This document shows positions 24,960-36,308 of a stretch of DNA of 64,000 bases, in pieces. Numbering within the stretch: the stretch's first letter is position 1; the number at the start of each line of letters is the position of its first letter. The notes under the pieces are model-generated. The model was not told where the DNA came from, ran no database searches, and was given only the letters and a program-made list of their open reading frames with translations. Origin of the DNA: Candidatus Latescibacterota bacterium (GTDB taxonomy: Bacteria; Latescibacterota; UBA2968; UBA8231). Location: contig OZ242214.1 of the NCBI GenBank assembly GCA_965206595.1, forward strand, positions 1,504,001-1,568,000, read 5' to 3'. The position numbers and the translations under genes were made by a program.

Positions 24960-25376
24960 ATGTTGATGCCGAAAAAAACCGAATGGCGAAAGCAGAGTCG
25001 TGGCCGCATGAGAGGGCAGAGCAAGGGGGGCGCCATGGTCTCCTTCGGCGAGTTTGGACTCAAGGCGCTGGAGCCGGGATGGATCAGCAACCGGCAGATC
25101 GAGGCGGCTCGGATCGCGATCAGCCGGGCAATGAGTCGAACCGGAAAGATGTGGATTCGCGTTTTCCCCGATAAACCGATTTCCAAGAAACCGGCTGAAA
25201 CGAGAATGGGAAAGGGAAAGGGGGCTCCCGAGGGTTGGGTGGCGGTTGTAAAACCTGGACGCATCATGTTTGAACTGTCAGGTGTTCCCCTGGAGATGGC
25301 CAAGGAAGCCTTGCGGAAAGCGGGCAACAAGCTGCCCATCAGGACAAAATTCGTCGAGCGGACGGGCGGCGTTTGA
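24960..25376 (+). CDS. rplP: 50S ribosomal protein L16
   Basis: [24 protein letters not shown]. Confidence 0.98.
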   Translation: MLMPKKTEWRKQSRGRMRGQSKGGAMVSFGEFGLKALEPGWISNRQIEAARIAISRAMSRTGKMWIRVFPDKPISKKPAETRMGKGKGAPEGWVAVVKPGRIMFELSGVPLEMAKEALRKAGNKLPIRTKFVERTGGV

Positions 25377-25606
25377 AAGCGATCGAACTGAGAGAGCAGA
25401 GTGTCGGAGAATTGACCCGGCGCTTGGATGAGCTGACCGAGGAGCGATTCAACCTGAGGTTTCAGCACGCCCTTGGTCAGTTGAGCAGTCCGATCAGGCT
25501 GCGGGAGGTGCGGCGTGAACTCGCAATGGTGCGCACCGTACTGCGCGAGCATCACCTCGGCATCCGCGTGCTACCCTCGGGTTCGGACGAAAATGCGGGT
25601 AGTTAA
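25373..25606 (+). CDS. rpmC: 50S ribosomal protein L29
   Basis: ELRE...[14 protein letters not shown]...VRRELA. Confidence 0.95.
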   Translation: MKAIELREQSVGELTRRLDELTEERFNLRFQHALGQLSSPIRLREVRRELAMVRTVLREHHLGIRVLPSGSDENAGS

Positions 25607-25651
25607 TAGATCATTGCAACGTAGCGGCGGTAGCCGCTCTGTGAGAGACGA

Positions 25652-25924
25652 ATGAGAGAAGCAGCTGACAGAGGCGGTCGAATCTTTGAAGGCACCATCG
25701 TGCGGGCTCGGAATGGCAAGACGCGCATCGTTGAGATCGATCAACGTTTGGCAAACAGACTGTATGGACGTCGAATAAAGCGGATTGCCAAATTCGTTGC
25801 CCACGACGAAACAAACCAATCCGAAGTCGGCGACGTGGTGCGCATTCGTGAAACCCGACCTTTGAGTCGCACGAAGCGATGGAGGCTGATCGGGATTGTA
25901 AAAAAAGCACAGGCCGGGAAATGA
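25652..25924 (+). CDS. rpsQ: 30S ribosomal protein S17 (divergent N-terminal half)
   Basis: AHDE...[20 protein letters not shown]; synteny. Confidence 0.93.
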   Translation: MREAADRGGRIFEGTIVRARNGKTRIVEIDQRLANRLYGRRIKRIAKFVAHDETNQSEVGDVVRIRETRPLSRTKRWRLIGIVKKAQAGK

Positions 25925-25949
25925 GAGGACTGAAGCGGTCGACCGTCTA

Positions 25950-26318
25950 ATGGTGAGAGAATACTCTGTCCTCAGGATGGCCGACAACGCCGGGGCGCGA
26001 CGGGGCATGTGCATCCGCGTCCTCGGCGGTTCGAGGAAGCGTTACGCTGGTGTTGGTGACATGGTTGTCGTGGCAGTGCACGACGTGACTCCGAACGGTC
26101 CTCTCAAGGAAGGGGAGGTCTGTCGGGCCGTAATCGTGCGCACGAAGAAGGAGTTTCGTCGGCCAGACGGCTCCTACATCCGCTTCGATGACAATGCCGC
26201 TGTCCTTCTCGACACAAACAACGAACCGCGTGGAACTCGCATTTTTGGTCCAGTGGCCCGCGAGCTGAGAAACCGCCAATTCATGCGCATCGTCTCCCTG
26301 GCTCCTGAAGTGGTGTAG
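25950..26318 (+). CDS. rplN: 50S ribosomal protein L14
   Basis: [41 protein letters not shown]. Confidence 0.98.
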   Translation: MVREYSVLRMADNAGARRGMCIRVLGGSRKRYAGVGDMVVVAVHDVTPNGPLKEGEVCRAVIVRTKKEFRRPDGSYIRFDDNAAVLLDTNNEPRGTRIFGPVARELRNRQFMRIVSLAPEVV

Positions 26319-26474
26319 ATAGTCCTATGCCGGTTATCGGAAATTACCAGCGAATCGCGGCCGATTACTGCGCATCTCGGCAGTACCCTCTTCCGCCGTG
26401 CCCTGTCCGGACATTGCGTTCCGAACGGATGCCGCCGGATATCTCCGCGACCTGAAACTAGCGAGGGCGCTGAC

Positions 26475-26792
26475 ATGTACTTCCGACAGGGAGATACGGT
26501 AGAAGTCATCAGTGGCAACGAGAAGGGAAAGAGAGGCAGGGTGCTTAGGATCTTCCGCCAGACAGATCGTCTGATCGTCGAAGGCATACGCATGATGAAG
26601 AAACACACCAAACCGACGCAGCGGGACCCGCAAGGGGGAATCGTGGAGCGCGAAGCGTCAATCCATGCTTCGAGTCTCATGATTGTCTGTCCTCAGACGA
26701 ACCGGCCGACGCGCATAAGGAAGCGGCGTCTGGAAGACGGTCGCAGCATGCGGGTATCGGTGCGTAGCGGCGAAATGATCGACTCGGAATGA
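26475..26792 (+). CDS. rplX: 50S ribosomal protein L24
   Basis: [19 protein letters not shown] motif, [13 protein letters not shown]. Confidence 0.97.
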   Translation: MYFRQGDTVEVISGNEKGKRGRVLRIFRQTDRLIVEGIRMMKKHTKPTQRDPQGGIVEREASIHASSLMIVCPQTNRPTRIRKRRLEDGRSMRVSVRSGEMIDSE

Positions 26793-27337
26793 CGCGGATG
26801 TCCAGGCTGAAAGAGGATTACCGAAAGCGCATTGTCCCGGCCATGCGCGAAAAGTTCGAATACAACAATGTCAACCAAGTACCGAAGCTGGAAAAAATCG
26901 TGGTTAACGCCGGCGTCGGCGAGGCTGCCCAGGAATCGAAGCTACTCGACAATGTGGTTGCAGAGCTCACGGCCATCACTGGCCAGCGGGCGACGATTCG
27001 CAGGGCGAGGAAAGCTATCTCCAACTTCAAACTGCGGAAGGGAATGCCCGTAGGGGCGATGGTCACCTTGCGTCGCGAAATCATGTACGAATTTCTCGAT
27101 CGACTGGTCAATTTCGCGCTGCCTCAGGTCAGGGACTTTCGCGGTCTGTCGAACCGCAGCTTCGACGGTCGCGGAAACTACACGCTCGGGATCAGAGAGC
27201 AGATCATTTTTCCCGAGATCGATTATGACGCGATCGATCGCATTCGCGGCATGGATATAACTATCGTCACCTCGGCCGCGACCGACGAAGAAGCCCTGGA
27301 GCTGTTGCGGCAGTTCGGGACACCGTTCACCAACTGA
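26789..27337 (+). CDS. rplE: 50S ribosomal protein L5
   Basis: [17 protein letters not shown]...[15 protein letters not shown]. Confidence 0.98.
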   Translation: MTRMSRLKEDYRKRIVPAMREKFEYNNVNQVPKLEKIVVNAGVGEAAQESKLLDNVVAELTAITGQRATIRRARKAISNFKLRKGMPVGAMVTLRREIMYEFLDRLVNFALPQVRDFRGLSNRSFDGRGNYTLGIREQIIFPEIDYDAIDRIRGMDITIVTSAATDEEALELLRQFGTPFTN

Positions 27338-27363
27338 CCAGAACGCGAAGAAACGGATAGCGA

Positions 27364-27549
27364 ATGCCGAAGAAATGTCTCCTGATCAAGGCCGCCCGCG
27401 AACCGAAGTTCAAGGTGAGAAAGTACACTCGCTGCCAGCGCTGTGGCCGACCGCGGGCCGTTTATCGCAAGTTCGGATTGTGCCGGATCTGTTTCCGCGA
27501 GCTCGCCTTGCAGGGCGAGATCCCCGGTGTGACCAAGGCGAGCTGGTAG
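27364..27549 (+). CDS. rpsN: 30S ribosomal protein S14 type Z (zinc-binding)
   Basis: 61 aa, RCQRCGRPR...GLCRICFRE...GEIPGV.KASW. Confidence 0.97.
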   Translation: MPKKCLLIKAAREPKFKVRKYTRCQRCGRPRAVYRKFGLCRICFRELALQGEIPGVTKASW

Positions 27550-27558
27550 GTTATTGCG

Positions 27559-27957
27559 ATGAGTATGAGCGATCCGATTGCCGATCTCCTGACGCGTATT
27601 CGAAACGCATGCCACGCAAAACACCCGCGTGTCGACATCCCCGCCTCGAAGTTCAAGAGGGAAATTGCCCGCGTTCTGGCGGAAGAGAGGTTTATCGACA
27701 ACTTCGCTTTCTACGAAGACGGGAAACAGGGCCAGCTGCGCCTTTACCTGCGCTACGGCGAAGACTCGGTCAGCATAATTCAGGGGTTGCGGAGAGTCAG
27801 CAAGCCGGGACTGAGACAGTACGCGACGAAAGGCAAAATCCCACGTGTGCGCAGGGGTTTGGGCATTTCGATTCTCTCGACGTCGCGCGGTGTAATGACC
27901 GACAGGGATGCGCGCAAAGCCGGGGTCGGCGGTGAGATTCTCTGCAGTGTCTGGTAG
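27559..27957 (+). CDS. rpsH: 30S ribosomal protein S8
   Basis: DPIADLLTRIRN, SKPGLR.Y, STSRGVMTD..AR..GVGGE. Confidence 0.98.
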   Translation: MSMSDPIADLLTRIRNACHAKHPRVDIPASKFKREIARVLAEERFIDNFAFYEDGKQGQLRLYLRYGEDSVSIIQGLRRVSKPGLRQYATKGKIPRVRRGLGISILSTSRGVMTDRDARKAGVGGEILCSVW

Positions 27958-27999
27958 CGCCGGGAAGGCAGGCCAAGTCGAAATCTGGAGAGCAGGAAG

Positions 28000-28557
28000 A
28001 TGTCTCGTGTAGGCAAACAACCAATCGAACTCCCACAGGGAGTCGAAGTCGCCGTGACGCCGCCGGAGGTCATAGTAAAAGGTCCAAAGGGGGAGCTCAA
28101 GGTCGGCTACAGAGCCGAGAGAATTACCGTCGAGGCCGGCGAGTCCGAAATCACTGTAACCAGGGACTCCGACGAGAAGGTGTCGAAGGCATTGCACGGA
28201 CTTACGCGTTCGCTGATCGCCAACGCCGTTGTCGGTGTGACCACCGGGTACCAGAAATTTCTCGACGTGCACGGCGTCGGTTTTCGCGCCGAGCAGCAGG
28301 GTAGGAAGCTGACTCTGCATATCGGTTACTCCCACACCGTGGAATACGAGGCCCCGGAAGGCGTCGAGGTCACTCCTGTCGATCCGGTTGGCGGCTCCCA
28401 AGCGAGAATCGCCGTCTCGGGAATAGACAAACAGAAGGTCGGCCAGGTGGCGTCCGAGATTCGCCAAAAGCGCAAGCCCGACCCCTACAAGGGCAAAGGC
28501 ATTCGCTACGAAGGGGAAGTCATCCACTGGAAGGCCGGCAAAGCCGGGGTCGTATAG
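28000..28557 (+). CDS. rplF: 50S ribosomal protein L6
   Basis: MSRVGKQPI, VKGPKGEL, PDPYKGKGIRY. Confidence 0.98.
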   Translation: MSRVGKQPIELPQGVEVAVTPPEVIVKGPKGELKVGYRAERITVEAGESEITVTRDSDEKVSKALHGLTRSLIANAVVGVTTGYQKFLDVHGVGFRAEQQGRKLTLHIGYSHTVEYEAPEGVEVTPVDPVGGSQARIAVSGIDKQKVGQVASEIRQKRKPDPYKGKGIRYEGEVIHWKAGKAGVV

Positions 28558-28575
28558 GTCGGAGAATTTCCGAAG

Positions 28576-28944
28576 ATGAATGCGGGAAAGATTGCCAAGA
28601 AGAGAGCCGCACGAGCGCGTCGGCGCAGCCGGGGTCGCAAGACGGTCGTCGGAAGTCTGGAGCGCCCCCGCTTGGTGGTGCACCGGAGCCTGCGCAACAT
28701 TGAGGCCCAGATCATCGACGATCACACGGGACATTCCCTCGTAGGAGTATCGACGCTTTCTCGAGAATTCGAAAAAAATGGTGCCAAGCGGGTGGAGCAG
28801 GGTCGTGAACTTGGCAAGATTATCGCCCAAAAGGCAAAAGAGAAGGGCATCAACCGCGTGGTTTTCGACCGCGCAGGGTTTCTGTATCACGGCATTGTCA
28901 AGGCCGTCGCCGATGGTGCCCGCGAAGGCGGGTTGAGTTTCTGA
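28576..28944 (+). CDS. rplR: 50S ribosomal protein L18
   Basis: RPRLVVHRS, AQIIDD, VVFDRAGFLYHG, AREGGL.F. Confidence 0.97.
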   Translation: MNAGKIAKKRAARARRRSRGRKTVVGSLERPRLVVHRSLRNIEAQIIDDHTGHSLVGVSTLSREFEKNGAKRVEQGRELGKIIAQKAKEKGINRVVFDRAGFLYHGIVKAVADGAREGGLSF

Positions 28945-29493
28945 GTGACCGCAAGCCGAAAAAAGAAAGCGACTGGGGGGCCGGAGTTGGCGAAGCGAAT
29001 CGACGCAGGCAATCTGGAGTTGGCAGAAGTGGTCGTACAGAATAGCGTCAGGCGCGTATCACACGTGAGGAAGGGCGGGCGCAATTTCAGCTTTTCCGCC
29101 ATGGTTGTGGTCGGTGACCGCAACGGACGTGTCGGTGTGGGCTCGGGGAAGGCTGGCGAGGTCGCCGAGGCGATACGCAAGGGGACCGAAAACGCCAAGA
29201 AGAACGTCGTCGAGGTACCCGTAGTCGACGGAACAATTCCCCACGAGATCGTCGGCAAGTTCAGCGCCGCCAAAGTGCTTCTGAAACCGGCCTCTCCGGG
29301 AACCGGAGTAATCGCCAGTGGCGGCATCCGTATCGTGCTCGACCTCGCTGGAGTTCATGACATCCTTACCAAGTCCCTCGGCTCATCGAATTCGCAGAAT
29401 ATGATCAAGGCTACCTTGGAAGGTCTTCGCGAGCTCCGAGGTGTCGAGGCGGTGGCGAGAATTCGCGGCGTTGCGGTCAAGGGTCTGCGATGA
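28945..29493 (+). CDS. rpsE: 30S ribosomal protein S5
   Basis: [26 protein letters not shown]; alternative start TTG at 28987. Confidence 0.96.
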   Translation: MTASRKKKATGGPELAKRIDAGNLELAEVVVQNSVRRVSHVRKGGRNFSFSAMVVVGDRNGRVGVGSGKAGEVAEAIRKGTENAKKNVVEVPVVDGTIPHEIVGKFSAAKVLLKPASPGTGVIASGGIRIVLDLAGVHDILTKSLGSSNSQNMIKATLEGLRELRGVEAVARIRGVAVKGLR

Positions 29494-29675
29494 AACTCGC
29501 GATCAGGCAAAGGAAGAGCGCCATCGGGAGGGCGAGGAAGCAGCAGCGGACACTGCAGGCCCTCGGCATCCGACGGATGCATCAGGAGGTGCTCCACGAG
29601 GACACTCCCCAGATCAGGGGTATGATCAGGTCGATCTCCCATCTCTTGGAAGTCAAGGAGATCGTCAACGGGTAA
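29490..29675 (+). CDS. rpmD: 50S ribosomal protein L30
   Basis: KSAIG...TLQALGIRR...[14 protein letters not shown]. Confidence 0.96.
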   Translation: MKLAIRQRKSAIGRARKQQRTLQALGIRRMHQEVLHEDTPQIRGMIRSISHLLEVKEIVNG

Positions 29676-29709
29676 TAGATCGAAGGAAAACAGCACGGTT
29701 TCTCACATT

Positions 29710-30174
29710 ATGGATTTGGGTAATCTCAAGCTGCCTAAAGGGGCTCGTCGAGCGGCCAAGCGTCGCGGCAAGGGTGTCGGCAGCGGCACCGGCAAGACCG
29801 CCGGCCGCGGTCACAAAGGACAGAGGTCCCGTTCGGGAGCACGGCGCGGAAGCCGCGTGGGGTTCGAGGGCGGACAGATGCCGCTGCACCGCAGGCTTCC
29901 CAAGATCGGGTTTTCCAACAAGCGGTTTCAACGTGTATACCAGATTGTCAACCTCGCCGAGATAGAGTCCCGCGGTCTCGAAGGGGAGGTGGGTCCTCCT
30001 GAAATGAAAGCCGCGGGGCTCATTCGCAAGGCGACTCTGCCCGTCAAGGTTTTGGGAGAAGGCACGTTGAGTCGTCCCTTGAAGGTCTTGGCCCATGCGT
30101 TTTCCATCTCGGCCAGGGAGAAAATCGGCGCAGCCGGGGGCAGCGCCGAAACGCTTGAAAATAGGTCCATCTAA
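29710..30174 (+). CDS. rplO: 50S ribosomal protein L15
   Basis: GSGTGKTAGRGHKGQRSRSG, FEGGQMPL.RRLPK.GF. Confidence 0.98.
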   Translation: MDLGNLKLPKGARRAAKRRGKGVGSGTGKTAGRGHKGQRSRSGARRGSRVGFEGGQMPLHRRLPKIGFSNKRFQRVYQIVNLAEIESRGLEGEVGPPEMKAAGLIRKATLPVKVLGEGTLSRPLKVLAHAFSISAREKIGAAGGSAETLENRSI

Positions 30175-30183
30175 CGCAGCAAC

Positions 30184-31533
30184 ATGCCGGTTCTTCTCGA
30201 AAGCTTTCAAAACTGCTTCAAGATTCCCGATCTGAGACGGAAGATTCTGTTTACATGCGGTATCCTCATCATATACAGAATTGGAGGCCAGATTACGGTG
30301 CCGGGAGTAAACTCCGCGGTGCTGCAGGAGTTCTTCTCGGGTGGGGGAAACACCCTGTTCGGACTTTACGACATGTTCGTCGGCGGTGCCTTCACCAGAG
30401 CGACGGTTTTCGCCCTCGGTATTATGCCCTATATCAGCGCCTCAATCATTCTGCAGTTGATGGGCGCGGTGGTTCCCTTCTTCCAGAAACTGCAACGGGA
30501 AGGGGAAGAGGGACGCCGCAAGATCAATCAGTACACCCGCTACGGCACCGTGGTTCTCGCCGCGGCCCAGTCTTTGGGGGTCAGTTACTTCCTTGAGAGC
30601 ATTCGCGGCCCGGGTTCGGGCCTCGATGCCGTTATCGATCCGGGTATTGGTTTCCGGCTGATGACGATGCTGACGATAACGGCAGGAACGATTTTCATCA
30701 TGTGGCTCGGCGAACAGATAACCGAGCGAGGCATCGGCAACGGAATTTCCCTGATCATTTTCGTCGGTATCGTGGCAGAATTGCCCTTCGCGGTGAAGAG
30801 CGAGTGGCAGAACTACCTGCTCAACCGCGGCTTCAGTAAAAGCCTAATCGAGGAGATATTCCTCGTCGCTCTGATGGTCGTCATCGTCGCCTTCGTTGTG
30901 TTACTGACACAGGGACAGCGCAAGATACCGGTTCAGTACGCCAAGCGCGTTGTCGGACGGCGGGTTTACGGCGGACAGACGACTCACATTCCGCTGCGCA
31001 TCAATTCCGCCGGTGTTATCCCGATCATCTTCGCGCAGTCGATCATGTTTCTGCCCGGAACGGTGACCCAGTTCTTTCCGGAAAACGAAATGATGCAGTG
31101 GCTCGGGGCTTTTTTCACCATGGACTCCCTGTTCTACTGGGGGGTCTACGCCACCATGATCGTGTTCTTCTGCTATTTCTACACCGCGATCGTGATGGAT
31201 CCGAATCAACTCGCAGACAACATGAAACGGCATGGAGGCTTCATTCCGGGAGTGCGTCCTGGTAAACGCACGGCGATGTACATCGATCGCATCATGACCC
31301 GCATCACGCTTCCAGGCGCCATCGCCCTCGCAGCGGTGGCGATTTTCCCCTTTTTCGTGACGCGCCAGTTTCAGGTGACCCAGTCCTTCTCCCAGTTTTT
31401 CGGCGGCACGGGACTGCTCATCATCGTAGGGGTCGCTCTCGATACGCTGCAGCAGTTGGAATCGCAACTGATGACCCGCCACTACGAGGGGTTCATGAAG
31501 GGCGGCGGCAAGATTCGCGGCCGGCGCCAGTGA
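30184..31533 (+). CDS. secY: Preprotein translocase subunit SecY
   Basis: ALGIMPYISASII, GIGNGISL, AGVIPIIFA, FIPGVRPG, GGTGLLI.VGV. Confidence 0.99.
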   Translation: MPVLLESFQNCFKIPDLRRKILFTCGILIIYRIGGQITVPGVNSAVLQEFFSGGGNTLFGLYDMFVGGAFTRATVFALGIMPYISASIILQLMGAVVPFFQKLQREGEEGRRKINQYTRYGTVVLAAAQSLGVSYFLESIRGPGSGLDAVIDPGIGFRLMTMLTITAGTIFIMWLGEQITERGIGNGISLIIFVGIVAELPFAVKSEWQNYLLNRGFSKSLIEEIFLVALMVVIVAFVVLLTQGQRKIPVQYAKRVVGRRVYGGQTTHIPLRINSAGVIPIIFAQSIMFLPGTVTQFFPENEMMQWLGAFFTMDSLFYWGVYATMIVFFCYFYTAIVMDPNQLADNMKRHGGFIPGVRPGKRTAMYIDRIMTRITLPGAIALAAVAIFPFFVTRQFQVTQSFSQFFGGTGLLIIVGVALDTLQQLESQLMTRHYEGFMKGGGKIRGRRQ

Positions 31534-31557
31534 GGCGGAATTGCCGGAGGTAGGGGA

Positions 31558-31674
31558 ATGAAAGTCAGGGCATCAGTAGGTAAACGTTGCTCCGAATGCA
31601 AAATCATCCGTCGCAACGGTACCGTCAGAGTGATATGCAAGCGCAACCCGCGGCACAAGCAACGTCAGGGTTGA
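31558..31674 (+). CDS. rpmJ: 50S ribosomal protein L36 (C+ type)
   Basis: Manual translation [38 protein letters not shown]. Confidence 0.96.
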   Translation: MKVRASVGKRCSECKIIRRNGTVRVICKRNPRHKQRQG

Positions 31675-31700
31675 CAGCAGACCTTGCAAGGAGAGATACC

Positions 31701-32081
31701 ATGGCACGCATAGCCGGCGTCGACCTGCCTCGAGACAAACGCGTACAGGTGGGATTGACCTACATCTACGGGATCGGGGGCACCTCGTCCGACAAGATTC
31801 TGGCCGAGTCTAACGTCGATCCCAACACCCGGATCAACGCGCTCACCGACGAAGAGCTGACGCGGCTGAGGAACATTATCGAGAGTAAGTACAAGGTCGA
31901 GGGGAGTCTGCGCGGGGAGGTCAACATGAATATCAAGCGCCTGATGGACATCGGGTGCTACCGCGGGCTACGACACCGGCGGGGATTGCCTGCAAACGGC
32001 CAGCGTACACGCACAAACGCCCGCACTCGCAAGGGGCCAAGTCGGTCGATTGCGGGTAAGAAGAAGGCGCCCAGGAAGTAG
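31701..32081 (+). CDS. rpsM: 30S ribosomal protein S13
   Basis: [35 protein letters not shown]; AAGGAG SD. Confidence 0.98.
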   Translation: MARIAGVDLPRDKRVQVGLTYIYGIGGTSSDKILAESNVDPNTRINALTDEELTRLRNIIESKYKVEGSLRGEVNMNIKRLMDIGCYRGLRHRRGLPANGQRTRTNARTRKGPSRSIAGKKKAPRK

Positions 32082-32152
32082 GGCGCTCGCGAGGCGAAAC
32101 CACACCGAGGGCTCCTTCGAACCGAAGCTGACTGCCTTTAAAGGGATACCGA

Positions 32153-32545
32153 ATGCCACCCGAAAAAGCGAAACGGCGGCGAAAGAAGTCGAAAAAGGTC
32201 GAGGCGCTGGGAATAGCCCACATATTCTCAACCTTCAACAACACCATCGTCACTCTGACCGACGTCGAGGGCAACGTCATTTCTTGGGCGACCCCCGGGA
32301 AGGTCGGCATCCGCGGCAGCAGGAAGTCGACCCCGTTCGCGGGTCAGCTGGCGGCCGAGCGAGCGGCTCAAGAGGCAATCAACATGGGGCTGCGTCGGGT
32401 TGAGGCTTGGGTAAAGGGTCCGGGAGTGGGTCGCGATTCCGCGATTCGGGCATTGCAGAACGCGGGATTGGAGGTCTCCGCCATTCGGGACGTCACTCCG
32501 ATACCCCATAATGGTTGCCGGCCGCCAAAGCGGCGCCGCGTGTGA
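32153..32545 (+). CDS. rpsK: 30S ribosomal protein S11
   Basis: [34 protein letters not shown]. Confidence 0.98.
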   Translation: MPPEKAKRRRKKSKKVEALGIAHIFSTFNNTIVTLTDVEGNVISWATPGKVGIRGSRKSTPFAGQLAAERAAQEAINMGLRRVEAWVKGPGVGRDSAIRALQNAGLEVSAIRDVTPIPHNGCRPPKRRRV

Positions 32546-32578
32546 CGTAACTGAAACGAGCGAAAGGCTGAACCCACC

Positions 32579-33205
32579 GTGAGCAGATACACAGGGCCCA
32601 ATTGCAGATTCTGTCGCCGAGAAGGCACCAAGCTGTTTCTCAAGGGAGAGCGCTGCAGCCTCGAAAAGTGTGCCTTCGAACGGCGCAGCTACGCGCCGGG
32701 GCAGCACGGGCAGGGCATGCGGCGGAAGCAGTCCGAGTACAGCGTTCAGCTGCGCGCCAAGCAGAAGCTGGCGCGCATGTACGGCGTCCGCGAGGGACAG
32801 TTCCGCGGCTACTACAGAGAGGCTACCAGGGTGCCGGGAGTAAGCGGAGAAAACCTCCTGAGGCTGCTTGAGAGCCGCCTCGACAGCGTGGTCTTTCGCC
32901 TTGGGTTCGCCCCGTCGCGAAAGGCGGCAAGGCAGTTGGTCAGGCACAACCACTTTATGGTCAATGGCCGGCGCGTCAACATCCCTTCTTGCCTGACGAG
33001 GCCGGGTGACGTGATCGATGTGTGGGAGAAAAGTCGCCAGTTGGAGGTTATTCACGAGTCGCTGCGGCGCGCTCGCGAGACCGTTCCTTGGCTGTCGGTG
33101 GACAAGGCGAACCTGAGCGGGTCGGTGTTGGAACGTCCCGCGAGGGAGGATATCCCCACGCTGGCTGAAGAGCAGCTGGTAATCGAATTCTACTCACGCG
33201 TGTAA
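32579..33205 (+). CDS. rpsD: 30S ribosomal protein S4 (Cys-containing type)
   Basis: [37 protein letters not shown]. Confidence 0.98.
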   Translation: MSRYTGPNCRFCRREGTKLFLKGERCSLEKCAFERRSYAPGQHGQGMRRKQSEYSVQLRAKQKLARMYGVREGQFRGYYREATRVPGVSGENLLRLLESRLDSVVFRLGFAPSRKAARQLVRHNHFMVNGRRVNIPSCLTRPGDVIDVWEKSRQLEVIHESLRRARETVPWLSVDKANLSGSVLERPAREDIPTLAEEQLVIEFYSRV

Positions 33206-33292
33206 GACGGCAGCGGACTTCGGGACGAACCAATTTCGTCGCCGAAACATCTTTCGCAACCAAACCAAACCAAACCGGGGGTCAGTAGCCAT

Positions 33293-34306
33293 ATGGCATT
33301 AGATGGTCTTCAGATGCCGCGTCTCGTTGAAGTCGACAAGGACACGCTAACCGACACCTACGGCTCGTTTACGATGCAGCCGTTGGAGCGCGGATTCGGC
33401 GTGACCGTGGGACACGCGATCAGACGCGTCCTCGTATCCTCAATTCAGGGTGCCGCCATCAGGTCGGTAAGCATCGAGGGCGTGCAGCATGAGTTCTCCG
33501 TGGTCAAGGGAGTTCGCGAAGACTTGCCGGAGATCGTGCTGAATCTCAAGGAGGTCGCCATTCGCTACCACGGAGAAGAGGACCGTGTTTTGCAAATCGA
33601 GGCCAAAGGGCCAAGGGCGTTGGTCGCAGGGGATCTAACGGTCGATTCAGCGGTCGAGGTGTTGAATCCCAATCTTCACATCGCAACCCTCGGCAAAGAG
33701 GCTCACCTGAAGATGGAGGTAGCGGTCGGCAGGGGGCGTGGCTACGTGTTCGCCGAGGAGAACAAGCTTCCGGAACAGCCCATCGGGACCATTCCGATGG
33801 ACGCCAACTTCTCGCCGGTTCTCAAGGTCAATTACGACATTGAGCACGCTCGCGTCGGTCGTCGCACGGACTACGACCGGCTCAATCTGCAGGTATGGAC
33901 GGACGGTTCCTTGCGGCCTGAAGACGCCATGGCGCAGGCGGCAAGGATTCTGATCGAGCATTTGGATCTTATCGCCAATTTCCAGACGGAACCGGTGCCC
34001 GATCCAGAGCGGGAAATCGATGACCAGATCAAGCACATTGCCAAGCTGCTTGCCATGTCGGTTGACGACCTCGAACTGTCCGTGCGATCGGCAAACTGTC
34101 TCCGGGCGGCGGGGATCACGAATCTAGGCGAACTCGTTTCGCGCAGCGAAGCGGAGATGCTCAAGTTTCGCAACTTCGGGCGCAAATCGCTCAACGAGCT
34201 GGGCGAAATCCTCGACGAAATGAACTTGGCGTGGGGCATGGACATCTCGCGCTTCGAAGACGTCGAGCTCGACGAGGAGCCCGAAAGCGCCCTGGCGGAG
34301 GAATGA
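33293..34306 (+). CDS. rpoA: RNA polymerase alpha subunit
   Basis: [33 protein letters not shown]. Confidence 0.98.
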   Translation: MALDGLQMPRLVEVDKDTLTDTYGSFTMQPLERGFGVTVGHAIRRVLVSSIQGAAIRSVSIEGVQHEFSVVKGVREDLPEIVLNLKEVAIRYHGEEDRVLQIEAKGPRALVAGDLTVDSAVEVLNPNLHIATLGKEAHLKMEVAVGRGRGYVFAEENKLPEQPIGTIPMDANFSPVLKVNYDIEHARVGRRTDYDRLNLQVWTDGSLRPEDAMAQAARILIEHLDLIANFQTEPVPDPEREIDDQIKHIAKLLAMSVDDLELSVRSANCLRAAGITNLGELVSRSEAEMLKFRNFGRKSLNELGEILDEMNLAWGMDISRFEDVELDEEPESALAEE

Positions 34307-34373
34307 CGCAACTCATCCCGAGCCCGATCGTCGGGGTCGGACGAACCGGGACCACGGATCTCACGAAAGAGCA

Positions 34374-34793
34374 ATGGTACACAGGAAAAAAAAGGCCAAG
34401 CTGAACCGGGACCGCAGCCATCTCAAGGCGATGCTCGGAAACATGGTCACCTCCTTGATCGAACACGAGGCTATCCATACAACAACTCCTAGAGCGAAGG
34501 AACTGAGGCGAACCGCCGAGAGTCTGATCACCTTTGCCAAAAGGGGCGATCTGCATGCGCGTCGGCAGGTGTTGCGCACAATCGCCAACAAGCGGATAGT
34601 GGCAAAACTTTTCGACGAGATCGGCCCGCGGTATTCCAATCGCAACGGTGGGTACACGCGGATTGTCAAGGGTGAGCCGAGGCGTGGGGATGGTGCCGAG
34701 ATGTGCATGATCGAACTGGTCGACAGGCCAGGTAGCCGAGTTCCCGAATCCGTTCCAACCTCGGGTCAGGAAGCGGAAAAGGAAGAAGAATAG
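34374..34793 (+). CDS. rplQ: 50S ribosomal protein L17
   Basis: [28 protein letters not shown]. Confidence 0.98.
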   Translation: MVHRKKKAKLNRDRSHLKAMLGNMVTSLIEHEAIHTTTPRAKELRRTAESLITFAKRGDLHARRQVLRTIANKRIVAKLFDEIGPRYSNRNGGYTRIVKGEPRRGDGAEMCMIELVDRPGSRVPESVPTSGQEAEKEEE

Positions 34794-34848
34794 GGGCGAC
34801 CCAGGGTCGAACCACCGGGCCGGGAGTGCCTACTCCCACAACCTTAAC

Positions 34849-34902
34849 GCGGGGCGCGCTTTTGATGGTGAAGACGGCACCATCTCGTGCGCCTCGCTTT
34901 TT
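34849..34902 (+). terminator. Putative intrinsic terminator ending the alpha operon
   Basis: GCGGGGCGCGC...GTGCGCCTCGC stem with inner GATGGTG/CACCATC stem, followed by TTTTT. Confidence 0.6.
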
Positions 34903-34949
34903 CATGTACCCCGGTTCATCAACCATCCGCACCGTAACGAGTCCGGCCA

Positions 34950-36308
34950 GTGCCAAGGCGGGGAGACAGGATCGAGCTAGAAATTCGCGAGCTGACGGCC
35001 CAGGGTGACGGATGGACCAGGGTCGGCGACTCGGAGTTCATCGTTCGCCGAACCTTGCCCGGGGACCGTGTGGAAGCGACCGTGCGCAGGAGGAAGGGGG
35101 GAACATGGGAGGCGACTGCGGACCGCATAACGAGCACCCGGATCCCCCGGGTAGCCCCCGAATGCCCTCACTTCGGGGTGTGCGGCGGGTGCCGCTGGCA
35201 GGACATCTGTTACGGCGACCAGTTGCGACTGAAGGAAGGGATGGTTGCCAACGCACTGGAACAACAGGGGCTCCGATGCGACGAGCAAAGGCCGATTATT
35301 GCGAGCCGTGCTCCGTTTTTCTACCGCAATAAGATGGAGTTCTCCTTCGGCAGGGATTGCGGAGGCGGCACGTTGCTGGGGTTGCACCACCGCGGCCGCT
35401 ACAACCGGGTTTTCGACGTGCGCGACTGCCGCCTCCAGTCCCAGCTGTCGAATCGGATCGTCGAGACTGTGCGCAGCTGTGCCTCCGCGGGGAAGGTTCC
35501 CGTGTACGACCTCCAGACCCACGGAGGGATACTGCGTTTTCTCGTGGTCCGGGAAGGAAAAAATTCCGGCGAGGTGATGGTGAACCTGGTTGTCTCCGAG
35601 TACCCGGACAAGGGAGTCGGAGACCTGGTTCGCTGCGTCCTTGAGAGGGTTCCGGAGATAACGACTTTTGTCGTGACCCTGCACCGGGGAAAGGCCCAGG
35701 CCGCCATTGGAGAACGGGAGTTCGTCCTCAAGGGAAGCGGCAGGATCTCGGAGGTTTGCGGAGGGTTCGAGTTCGAGATTTCAGCGCCCTCCTTCTTCCA
35801 GACCAACACCGGTCAGGCGGCGGTTCTGTACGAGCAGATCGCAGCGCTAGCAGGCGATCTGACCGGCGCCACTGTCCTCGACCTCTACTGTGGAACAGGA
35901 GGCATCAGCCTTCACCTGGCAAAACGGGCCGACAAGGTGATTGGAGTCGAGCAGGTCGAGGAGGCGGTGGCCGACGCAGGCGTAAACGTCCAAAAGAACG
36001 GAACGGGAAACTGCACCTTCATGGCAGGCCCTGTTGAGAAGGTGATCGCCACCCTGATGGCGGAAAACGAGAGATTCGACCTCGTGATCGCGGACCCCCC
36101 GCGCGCGGGAATCCCCAAATCGGTGCTACGGGCCCTGATCGGAATGAGACCCCCGTCCCTCGTATACGTCTCCTGCAACCCAACGTCCTTGGCCGCTGAC
36201 GCGAGAGTTCTTTGCGAGGGGGGGCTGCGATTGCGGTCCCTGCAGCCGATCGACCTCTTTCCCCAGACCCCCCATTGCGAAGCGATCGCTCACCTTACGC
36301 CGGCCTGA
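34950..36308 (+). CDS. rlmD: 23S rRNA (uracil-5)-methyltransferase RlmD/RumA family
   Basis: TRAM domain, CPHFGVCGGC Fe-S motif, YRNKMEF, SFFQTN, LDLYCGTG, DPPRAG, YVSCNP, DLFPQTPH.E. Confidence 0.92.
   Translation: MPRRGDRIELEIRELTAQGDGWTRVGDSEFIVRRTLPGDRVEATVRRRKGGTWEATADRITSTRIPRVAPECPHFGVCGGCRWQDICYGDQLRLKEGMVANALEQQGLRCDEQRPIIASRAPFFYRNKMEFSFGRDCGGGTLLGLHHRGRYNRVFDVRDCRLQSQLSNRIVETVRSCASAGKVPVYDLQTHGGILRFLVVREGKNSGEVMVNLVVSEYPDKGVGDLVRCVLERVPEITTFVVTLHRGKAQAAIGEREFVLKGSGRISEVCGGFEFEISAPSFFQTNTGQAAVLYEQIAALAGDLTGATVLDLYCGTGGISLHLAKRADKVIGVEQVEEAVADAGVNVQKNGTGNCTFMAGPVEKVIATLMAENERFDLVIADPPRAGIPKSVLRALIGMRPPSLVYVSCNPTSLAADARVLCEGGLRLRSLQPIDLFPQTPHCEAIAHLTPA

Noticed and set aside
33258-33276. 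Short (AAACC)n repeat upstream of rpoA
   Set aside because: Fewer than four units; too short to support phase variation
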